This document shows, in pieces, positions 11,142 through 21,400 of a stretch of 49,937 nt of DNA (position 1 is the first letter of the stretch; every line of letters begins with the position of its first letter). This stretch comes from Saprolegnia diclina VS20. Its lineage: Eukaryota. Position numbers and translations under genes: made by a program. Location of the stretch: contig NW_008246103.1 of assembly GCF_000281045.1 (NCBI RefSeq), positions 305,851 through 355,787 of the forward strand, written 5' to 3'. The notes beneath the pieces are model-generated. The model was not told the DNA's origin. It did not search any database and worked only from the letters and a program-made list of their open reading frames with translations.

Positions 11142-12949
11142 ATGAGCCCGAAGCTGGACCTCCGCGAGCTGCGATCGCCGCCCCGCCTGCAGCTCGGCCG
11201 CTCGCAGCGGTCGCTCTCGACCAGCAACCTCTGGGTCTCGTCGCCGATCCCAACGACCAGCGACGCGCTCTCGATGCAGCCGCCGCCGCTCGTGCTCTCG
11301 CCGCCGACGCGCCCGGGCTCGTATACCATCGATCGCCGCGTGCTCTTCTGCATTAGCTGCGTGCTCACGACGTTGTGCTCGGGCGGCCTCATCCTCGGGT
11401 GCGTTTCTTGCATGCGGCGCATCGATCTCACAAGGTACTTAAGGTTTGGCCCATTTTACACGACGCTCGTGGCCGAGCAGCAGTGGCACGAGCTCTGCGA
11501 CTCGCCAGGCGTGTGCCCCGAGCAAGAGATTCGCCTCCAGTACACCTACTCGACAAGCTTCCTCCTTTTAAGCGCCGCCAACGTTGTCTTTGGGCTCAGC
11601 ATCGACATCATCGGCCCACGCGTCTCGGCGCTGCTCGGCCTCTTGGTAATACCACCTTTCGACATGTATATTGATGAGTGCTATAGCTCGCGATGCTTGG
11701 CAATGTACTCGTCTCTGTCGGCGACTCGAGCGTTCTCAATGGCGCCGGCATCATCGTTGGGTATGGCCTCATTGGCATGGGCGGCATGGGCCTCTTCCTC
11801 TCGTCGTTTCAAGTAATCAACCTCTTTGACGCCCAAGGCATTCCGTGCAGCATCATGTCGAGCATCTTCAACATCTCTGGTACCTTCTTTTCCTTGGTAT
11901 CGGAGCGTTCAACTACATTTTTCATCGTAGCTTATGTCTACATGCTCCTTAAACTGCCAGGGATGACGCGCCACCACTTTTTCGAAGGTTACGCGTACGT
12001 CCACAACACGCTGTACAACATGTACATAATTGTCATGTCTAGCATCCTCGTCGCAATTTGCTTTTGCGTCTGCTTTCTTATTTATCCAGCGAAGAACATC
12101 CACTCGGCCAAAGAACGCGTGCGGGTGCCGGGTGTGAGCTGCTACATTCCTCGTCCGCGGGTATATTGTCTCTCCATGTTGGCTCAACTACGGTGAAGTC
12201 TCATAATATGACACTATCGCGTGACATAGAAGCCGACGCTACTCTTTGAGGGACTCCAGCGCACGCTTCAAAGCGGGGATCTCTGGCACTTTGCCTTCTT
12301 TTTTGGATGGCTCTCGCTCGTTTTTTCATTTACGGGCGGCGCGATTCCCAGCATGATCGCCAAGACGGCCGGGACGGATGTCGCCAAGGCCGATGTCTAC
12401 ATCAACTATGTCTTCCCGCTTGTCTCCAACAGCACGTTCCTCTTTGCCCCGATCGTCGGCCACTGCATTGACACTGTCGGGTTTCGCCGCGTCTTTGGTG
12501 GATGTCTGCTCCTCACGCAGCTCTTTCTCTTGACGTTGCTTGTCCCGGTGCTTGAAGTCCAGCTCCTCGGCTTTCTCTTCATGTCGATTGCGCAGTCGAG
12601 TCTCTACAGCCTCCAATTCGCCTACATCAGTACGTCTTTCTTCGCTCTTTGACCTGCGACAACGAGCTCTATTGTAGTGATTTGCTATCCCACACGGCTC
12701 TACGGAACGCTCCAGGCGTTCATTACGGCCGCCAGCTTTCTTCTTTGCTCGCTCAACTACGGCATCAACACGATCGCGCAGACGTACCTCGGCGGCGACT
12801 ACACGTGCATTTTGCTCTTCCTCGGCGCGCCCACCGTCCTCCTGTATGCGTGCCAGCACTTCGTTCGCGAAAATATCGAAGACGAAGAGTGCCATTTGGT
12901 CTACGAAGATGACGCCATGTCCCCCCTCCCCGTCTATATATATATATAA
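11142..12949 (+). CDS. MFS transporter, SLC43/LAT3/FMP42-like (multi-exon)
   Basis: Multiple TM segments. Motif GFGPFYTTLVAEQQWHELC...CPEQEIRL...FGLSIDIIGPR plus second MFS motif GHCIDTVGFR. Short GT-AG introns (e.g. 11399-11443). The stop codon comes from an inserted retroposon. Confidence 0.85.
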
Positions 12950-13071
12950 ACGTGTTCCGCGTTATCTTCATTATGACACAAAGACTTCGCATACGTAGCG
13001 CTACGCCTGAATGCGTGGGAGTTGGCACCAGCACTTGGTCGTTGGGAGTGAGCTGCGCACGGAGAGATCCA
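12937..13071 (-). mobile_element. Short non-LTR retroposon, copy B, inserted in a stop codon
   Basis: Near-identical to copy A and slightly more 5'-truncated. Perfect 10-bp direct repeat TCCCCGTCTA at 12927-12936 and 13072-13081. Confidence 0.75.
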
Positions 13072-13262
13072 TCCCCGTCTAGTATCCCTAATCATTATCT
13101 CCACGAACCGCTAAAGTGTGCACTGTGTGGTCCTAACAGCGCCCCGAACGCAGCATGCGTCCGCAGCCCGAAGCGACGTGTTAGCTCTGCAAGGGCTACT
13201 ACATGCTAGAGATGCGAGAACAATGTATGGCCAAAGGGCTGTCCATGACACATTGGCTGTGG

Positions 13263-14116
13263 TTAGGTTGTCTTGGACGGGATATCTTGTCGTTCAGAAG
13301 AGAGCACCGAGGCGGCGGACCGTGCCCGCAAAAACTAGGCAAATATGTCGTATGGAGTATGCACATTACGCCAAGTACCTCGATGCGTTCGCGAAGAGCG
13401 TCCTTTGCCCACAGAAGCTCGTCCTGAATATGTTTCGGGTCCATTTGCAATAAGGCATGGACAGTCCAACGCGACTCGCTTTGGGTCCATTGCTCTCGGT
13501 CAAGATGTGCAATGCTCGCGGGTTGTGGTGCATGGACGAGGTGCACAGGCGTGCTCTCGATGGCCGGCTCTTCTCTGTGGACACGGACGATGGTGCTGGT
13601 CATTGCCGACACGGCCGAGGCTGTATACGGCGCCACCTTGATCAGCTGCATCGGTGGCTCGACGAGCAACTCAGCTGCAAGCGCTTTCGGTCGCAATACC
13701 TCTACCATTGGCTCTCGTGGTGGCGCGGTGGCCTTTACGTCGTCCAGAGACTCGATCGCTTGCGTGGTCGCTCGGACAGGCGGCCTACCATCGAGACATC
13801 AAGCAACACATCACGACGCTGGATAGCATACGACGTGACGAGGCCAGCTGTGAAGCGCGGGTAGCAAAGGCGCGTCGACGGCCATGCAATTGTCGTGGCG
13901 TCGCACTGCAGTAAGAGGTGTGTCAAGCTGTCCGTCTCGAGCTCGCGCACGATCTGGGCGAATGCATCGCGCACGTCGTGCAGAAGAAGCCGCCGCACGC
14001 GCCAACCCCGGTACGCCGCCTACTAGCACGCGCTAGTCAAGTGCCATCGCAGCGCCGGGTCGTACTTGGATCTTGATGCAGTGGGTCTCGGCACCGATCG
14101 GTCGGCGCTGCAGCAT
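13263..14116 (-). CDS. IQ-motif protein, IQCC-like (4 exons)
   Basis: Spliced N-terminus ...CIKIQ|AAYRGWRVRRLLLHDVRDAFAQIVRELE (IQxxxRGxxxR). C-terminal QDELLWAKDALRERIE|FLR resembles the IQCC C-terminal helix. Three introns of about 45 bp keep the frame. Confidence 0.7.
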
Positions 14117-14258
14117 GTTGCGATCGGCGTGCGACGACTTGATTGGCTTAAATGCGTGGTCTCAGCCAATGGCATCGCACAAAAATAGAATAAAAGACCA
14201 ACCAAACGGAGCCAATAACAGGCCAATGGCCTTGCACCATTTTTGAACGAACGTTGGG
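14117..14258. promoter_or_regulatory. Compact bidirectional promoter with multiple CCAAT boxes
   Basis: 142 bp between divergent ATGs, containing ATTGG and three GCCAAT motifs. Confidence 0.6.
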
Positions 14259-14523
14259 ATGGCCCCGGTCGTGCCCAAGGCGTCGCTCACGCCGCTCCTC
14301 AAGAAGCTCGTGCCCGCGTGCTTTGTCATTGGCATGGGCATGGAGGTCTTCATGGTCAAGACGGGCTTCTGTATGTCACGCCTTCCATCGGCATGCCGGC
14401 TCACGCCACGTATTAGATGACATTGTTGCTCGCAACGAAGCCGAGATCCGCGCCATCAAGCGCGCCGAGCGCGACGAGTACCTGCGGCGCAAGGCCCAAG
14501 ACGAAGCGACAACCACTGCTTAA
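14259..14523 (+). CDS. SMIM4: Small membrane protein, SMIM4/UQCC5-like (intron 14371-14416)
   Basis: Spliced protein MAPVVPKASLTPLLKKLVPACFVIGMGMEVFMVKTGFYDIVARNEAEIR... The F.IG..ME.FM.K.GFYD signature matches the SMIM4 family. Confidence 0.72.
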
Positions 14524-14555
14524 GCATCCTGTGTATCGATCTGCTGCATGTCTTT

Positions 14556-17500
14556 CTACATATCGGTGCGAAAGGACGCAAAGGCCGAGTGCAGGCGATG
14601 CAGCTGCTCCTCGAGCGACGCGTTCTTGGACTGCAGCACGTAGGCTTCGGCCAGCGCTTGCGAGTCCAGTCGCGGTGTCTACATTTCTACGTTGGCCAAC
14701 CTGTTCGCATTTCCTCGTACGAACCTTGGTGGTGGGTGGCGGTGGCTTGGCGTGTAGCCGCTGCAGTTCGTGGGGCGTGAGCTTCTTGCGCAAGCTGGCC
14801 GCAACGGTAGCGCGCCGGTCTTCTTCGGGTGCTGGGGCTAAGACTATTGGGGTCTCGGGTCGATGCGAGCCCCACGCATCGGCACGCGCGCCGGAAAGCT
14901 GCATCTTGAGCGTCTGGTAATTGCAATAGGTTGGACACCAGTATTGGACGACTGAACTTGCCTGGTTCTCGTCTTGGGTCTGTGCGAGGTCTCGCTGAAG
15001 TTCACGCACGAGCGAGAGCGAGGGCTCGGCGTAGTCGACGCTCTCACAGTGCTGCAAGAGTGACTGCTTGAGCGCCACCGTCGACGACGCCTTCACCTCG
15101 GCTTCCACGAGAGCATCGATGGCCGTCGGAAGGCTGCGTACGACCTCGAGGGCGTCGTGTGGCGGCGGTGTCAAAGCCGGGAGCCGCGGCTTGAGCACGA
15201 TGTACATGTCCCAAATCGCATTTTGAAGCGAATGGACATGAGTCTTTGTCGTCTCGAGCTGTCCGCGCTTCTCGTGCAGGGTCGCCGACGTGGTTTCCAG
15301 CGACGCCTCGATCTATCAATGTTTCAAATTGATACCATGGACGACAAATCGATACAAAAACCTCGTGCAGACGCGACGTTAGCGTGCCCAGCGAAGCCTC
15401 GAGGTCGATCTTCTCGACGCGAAGACGGTCCGCCGTCGCACTCAGTGCGTCGTGCGCGGCGCGGGCTTCGTCGACGTCACACTGCGCCGTTGCGAGCGCC
15501 GCCCGCAGCTGCTCGAGGGCGCTTCGCGCTTCGTCTCGCTCGCGTGTGATGGCAGCGGTGCTGGCCGACGCTGCCGCCACGCGCTCGGCCATGTCTGCGA
15601 CTTGCTCTCTCAGGCAATGCAGCTCTTCCTCTTGCACGTGCTTCTACGACCACCAAATTTAGTCGAGAAAGGACCTCAATGGCGGGTACCTGCGTCGCGT
15701 CCGTCTCGACCTGCAGACGTAGCTGCACCAATGCATCTTGGCTCTCGTTGAGTTGGTCTTGGAGTTCATTTGATCGTGCGCTCGTTTCAGCCACAAGCGC
15801 ATCGGCGACGCTGAGACGCTGCTCGATCTCGACCAGGCGACGGTGCTTCTACGCTCCATGGCATGCGCTAGGGTGGGCCAGGAAGGATGACGTGTGGTAC
15901 CTGTTGACAGTCGTCGTGGAGCTGTGCGTTCCACGTCTGCATCATGCCGAGCTCGTTCTGCATCAAAGTGGCTGACGCGTCAAACGCATCGCGGGCCGCT
16001 ACGAGGTTGAACTTCTCCCGTGCCCACGACGCTTCCATCTGGGCGACGTGCGAGACAACATTGGAGACGCTATTGTAGATCTCGTGCAGATAGGCCGCGA
16101 GCTTGGGTAGGCGCTCGAGAAAAGGTGGCGGCAACCGACGCTGTTCGAGTAGCGCGACGCGGCCGACCAGATCCCCAACAAGAAACCACTCGAGAAACGA
16201 GCCGTGGCTGCCCGCGGACGACGAGACGTCAAGCCGTGGCGCGTGCGACACAAACTGGTCGATCGTGTGCAAATCAGTGCGGAGCTTGCGCGCGGTCTCG
16301 GTGACATCCGCGTACCCCTTGCGCACGGCCGAGAGGTCCCCAAAGGACGCTTCAAACGCACGCATCTCATCGAGTTCGGTCTGCAGCGCGGTCTACACCA
16401 GATGCATATGGTCAGCGCACTCGAAGTAGACAACATGAATGAGCCACGCTACCTTGGCCGCTTGGAGCGTTTGGTACGACTGGCGCAGCGCTGCGACGTC
16501 ATCTCGGAGGGTGGCATTGTCCTGTTCCAGGTAAGCTACACTCTCATGCAGCCGCGCACTGCGACGGTCCGTGTCGTCTTTGGCGGCGATGGCCGACTGA
16601 AGCTCCGCGCGGAGGTCGTGCAAGGACTGTTGCGCGCTGCGTTCGCGCGTCTGCGCCTCGCTGATGCTCTGGAGCAACTCGTCTTGAAGCGCCTTGAGCT
16701 CGTGCAAAGTATTCGCTTGGCCGTCCGCTGCGGCTTCAAACGCTGCAAGCCGCGCTTCGTTATCCTTGTTTGTTTGTTCGACCGCGGTGCGCGCATGCGA
16801 GGCTACAGCCAAGGCGGCTTGCGTCGCGTCGTAGTCGGTCAAGAGCGCGTTGTACTGGTCGGCGACCTTGCGCAATTCGGCCTGTGACGCGGCGAGGTCC
16901 TCACGCAGCTTGGTCACTTGCTGGCTAAGCTCGGCAGTCTACACCGCCTCCGTGACTAGGAAATCGCAAAGATCGTGGTTAGGGTTGACGTAGTACGTGG
17001 GAGGCCATGGTCTTCTGCTTGTCGGAGAGCGAGTGTGCATAGTCCATGATCGCATCGCTTTGCTCTTTGGCATTTGGCGCCTCGGGGCCCTAGTTGCTCG
17101 TTATATGATATAAGAAGTGATAGCAGCCGAATACTCGTACCGACTGCAAGCGTTCGAGCTCACTAATACGGGCATCCTTGAGCTTCAGCGCTTCATCTTG
17201 GGTCGACGTTGTGTGCCGGAGCTCGGCGAGAACGAGGAGCAGCTCGGCGTGGCCGCTAATGTTGAGCTCGTCGGCCTTGATGCGCACAGCATCTTCGAGG
17301 ATTCGAATGTAGTTGCGCTGGTCCGGGTCGTCCGAGGCCTCGGAGGACGAAGCCACCGACTTGGCCTACACGACCACATATCAGCAACGAGGTCGCCCAA
17401 CGCTCAAAGGAGACCGGCGAATATGGTGCTGGCGTCGTAGGCGAAGATGAAGTGTTGTTGAATGTCGATTTGAGATCCTTGATGCGCCGCAGCGCGGCTT

Positions 17501-17849
17501 CGCACCGCTTTTGCTCGCGCTCAAACTTGAGCTTCCACTCGTCGGCCTCGGCCTCCTTCGACTTGATGCGCTGGCGCTCGCCTTGCACAATAACCTGCCC
17601 GCTCATCTTGGCGCTGCGCAGCTTCTCGATGAGCTTGTCCTTGGTTGCAAGCTCTTCGTGGAGCTCGCTGAGCTCTTTGGCCTGCTTGCGGATCTTGGTG
17701 ATGAGCGCGGTCGTGCTGGTCGCGAGTGGCGGTGCCTTGGCCGGCGCCCGCTTGCTTGGCCGCGGCAGCTCGGGCTCATACTCGTACGCTCCAGCGGCAA
17801 AGTCGCGCTCCGAGCCCGATGGCGACCGCAGCGCTGTGCCAAAGGGCAT
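14556..17849 (-). CDS. Long coiled-coil protein of unknown function (multi-exon)
   Basis: Chain of heptad-rich E/L/A/Q/R exons (ITKIRKQAKELSELHEEL, LREDLAASQAELRK, QEEELHCLREQV) separated by short GT-AG introns. The last exon ends ...FASFRTDM*. Confidence 0.75.
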
Positions 17850-18430
17850 GATTGCTCGACTGCGCCAAGAAGGCCGGCGCCCCTTCGCGGTATCTACTGC
17901 AACGTGGCATATGCCGCAAACAAAATGCCGAATGCAAGAACAACCGGCGCGTGGAACCGGTTCGAGACGGTTACAAACGTCCACCACCGCCAAACCGCAT
18001 GGCCAAACCGGTTGGCGCTCTGCACCCGGACCCAGCGCAAACTTGGAATGCTGCCCGCTCGTCGTGACGCCGGCATCGTCGACTGTTGGTCGTCGTCATC
18101 GTTCTCAAAGCTTCCGTAGAGTCCAAGTCCACGGCAGGCTCCCCAAAATGCGTTTGGTTGGGTAATTTGGCCCTCGCCGCGTTTCGCCCTGCAATTGCGC
18201 GGCGATATACGTAGGGATGGATAAACGCACCCAGCAATTCGCTACGCCCACCACTGCGGCCCTGCAGCACCCTTGTATGCAGCGTGCAGCGTCTTTGCGA
18301 GCAAAGGCGTTGGCATCTCCAAACTCAAACTCAAAGATCGCGAAACCGATGCAATCCAGTGGTGGCTTTTCAGCCAGTTGTTTCGACCAATCAGCGTCGT
18401 TTCAGTTTGCGGCAAGCTGCTCACAACGCC

Positions 18431-21400
18431 ATGGTGCGCAAGAAGAAGAAGTCGCTGAACACGCTCGTCAAGGCGAATGGCCTCGCGACCGCCGACGCGC
18501 CGCTGCCCGCCGACATCCGCTCGATCCTGCTGCCGTCGCCGGTCGCCGTCTCGCTCCATACCGGTGCCAACGCGACGCTCGACCTCGACCTCGGCGCGCT
18601 GACGCACAACCTGCTCCATGCGCCCGACTCGTACGCGCAGCTCAAGGCGCTGCAGCTCTTCCGCTCGCACCTCAAGCTTGTCGTCGCCGCCGCACCCGCG
18701 ATCCGCGAGCTCGACGCCGTCGCCCAAGCCGACCTCTGGTCGTTTGCGTCCACCGCGCTGCGCTTTGCCTTTCGCCTGTACATTGCCAAGCCGGTGCGGC
18801 TCATGCGCAAGACGATCCTCCCGATTCTCGATGCGCTGCTCTCGTACGATGCGGCGTTCCCGCACCTCGCGTCGCCGTCGCTCTCGGATGTCCTCGCGGA
18901 CGAAGTCGAGTCGTTTCTTCAGGTCGCGACGGCCACCGATGCGGACGCGACCTCGGAGGCGCTCGACGTCATCGACCAGCTGCTCGGCCTCGCCGAGTGC
19001 CCGCACATTGCCGAGATGCTCTGGCTGCTGCACCCGCTCGGGCACCCGGGTCTCGCGTCGCTGCTCGCCTTTTGCGCGACGCAGCTGCGCGTGCTCTCGG
19101 CGCCCATTGCAGCGTACGCCGCGACGACCACGACCGATGACGACGACGACGTCATGCAGTCGTCCGAAGTCATCCACGCGTCGGAGCGTTGCCAAAACCT
19201 TCTCAAGACGCTCATTTTGCTCGCGTCCGTGCAGCAAAAGACCGCCACGCGCGTCGTGCTCTTTTCGACGACGACGGCGATCGGGTCGCCGCGGTCGCTG
19301 CATGCGACGCTCGAGGCCATGGTGCAGCAGTGCGTCATTGTGCTCAACTCGCCCGTCGTCGCCAAGGACCTCCTCACCCAAGTCGGTCTCGTGACTGCGC
19401 TTCTCCTCAAGCTGCACTACCACGGCAACGACTTTGCCGGCGACATGCTCGCATGGGTGTTTCCGTCGTCGGCCGGCGTCACCGGCTGGCTCCGGTGCCT
19501 CGACCTCTCGGCGTTCACGCCTCTCTCGCGCCTCGCCTTGTACCGCGGTCTCTTCAACGCGATCGACGACGCTGCCTTCCAACGCCCGTTCCGATCCTCG
19601 AACGTCCTGCAAGTGGCATTTGACACGGTGCTACGCTCGTGCGTCGGTGCGCCGACGCTCAACACGCGTCTGTATGCCTTCCAGGTGCTCGAGATGTTCC
19701 TGCGGCGTACGATTGCGCTGGCGCAGCGCACGTCCGCCGATGTGCTCACACCCGCCTCGGTGCTCAACGTTCTCGACGTCGTCTTGCTCAACTGGGAGCA
19801 TCCGTCGAAGCGCATCAACCAGTTTATGACGCCAATGTTCACGCACCTCGTTGCACTCCTCGACCTCAAGGCGTCGGCCGGTTTGGACAAGTGGACAGCG
19901 ATCATTACGCGGGTGCTGGCCCAACCAGAAGAGAGTCGGTCGCGGTACCTGGCAACGACGGTCCTCCTCCCCAAGGTGACGGCAAAGGGTCTTCTCGCGT
20001 CGCATCAAGGCTTCCTTGCGTCCGTGCTCGTGGCCGTCGCCAACAAGGACGTCTCGGCGGCGGCTGCCTGTCTCTTTGTCCAAGTCGTCGACGATCTCAA
20101 GTGCACGACGGAAGATGCTGCTATGTGGGCCGGTCTGTGGGTGCCGTACCTTGTGCACGCGCTCTTGTCGAATGACGCGGGCAGCCGCCTCCGCGTCGCC
20201 ACGTATGTGCTCCCAATCTTGATCAAATCAGACGCGGCCAGTGTACCGCCGCTCCTTGCCGCTCTCCGCGCGCAGCCAGGTACCGTCCATGTACCTTCTT
20301 CATGGACTTCTTATGCGACTTGCGTAGCGTCCGACACGCGGCTCTGGTCGATGCTGGAGCTCGTCAAGTGTGCGCGCAAGTCGGTGGCGTCGCCGCCGAC
20401 GCTGACGCTCGACGAAGTCCACGTTGGGCTTGTGCACGCCGACGGCGAGATTCGCATGGCAGCGTACGACATGGTGTGTGCAAGCCTCAAGACGACCGCG
20501 CTGCCGTCGCCCTCGGACCTGCAGCTCGTCCAGCTGTTCTTCATCGCCAGCGCCAAGTCGATTGCGCCGTCGCTTCGCATGAAGTCGATCATTGGCCTGA
20601 AAGCAATGCTGCTCCGGATCCGCGACGGCATGCGCAAGAGCTGCCGCCGGGACGCCGCAACAACGGATGACGTGGCGCACCAGTTTCCGCGCTGGGTCGC
20701 GGACCTCGTCGTTGCGTGCGTCTACCCCGGCGCGACGCCGCAGCGAGTGACGATGGGCCTCGAGATCCTCCAGCTGTACTTGCAGATCTTTGACGGCACG
20801 CCGTTCTTGTTTCCGGCGGTCACCAAGGCCCTCTTCAACGCGCTCATTAGCTCGTGGGACAAGGTGCGTGCGCTTGCGTACTCGATTCTCGAGACGTTTC
20901 CGTCGCCGCTGCCCGGCTACGACGACGCGGTGAACCTCCAGTCGCTGTACCGATGGGCGCTCACGCTCGCGAGCAGCCCGCGCCAGCGCGAGACGGACGC
21001 CGGCGCGCTCTTCCTCCGGCTGTTGGCCAAGCAGAGCGCGCTTCTCGTGCAATTTGGTATTGTGCCCAAGTCGCAGATTGTGGGCGCGTCGGTGCAGCAA
21101 GCCTTGGTCGACCACCTCGTGAGCATCCTCGCGTCGCGTCTTGCCGTCGTGCGTGCGAACGCGGACGTGTCGGAGCCGCCACTCATCCACGGCCTCTTGC
21201 TCTCGATCCGGTTCTTGCTCGACGACGCGCAAGTGACGCTGCCGACGTGGCAGACGACGCTGTCGGCGACATTCGAGTGCCTCTGGGAAAGCATGCAACT
21301 CGCACTGAGCGTCGTTGGTGACGCGACGTCGGGCATTGGCGCTGCGTCGCTCGATGACACGTTTGACGTGGCCAACGAAGTCCTTACGTCCGAGCAGCTG

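Noticed and set aside
12933..13082. Helitron reading of the repeat (TC-TATATA start, CTAG-T end)
   Set aside because: Both apparent termini come from the 10-bp TSD and the host stop codon. Copy A lacks them and has its own TSD, and Helitrons make no TSD.
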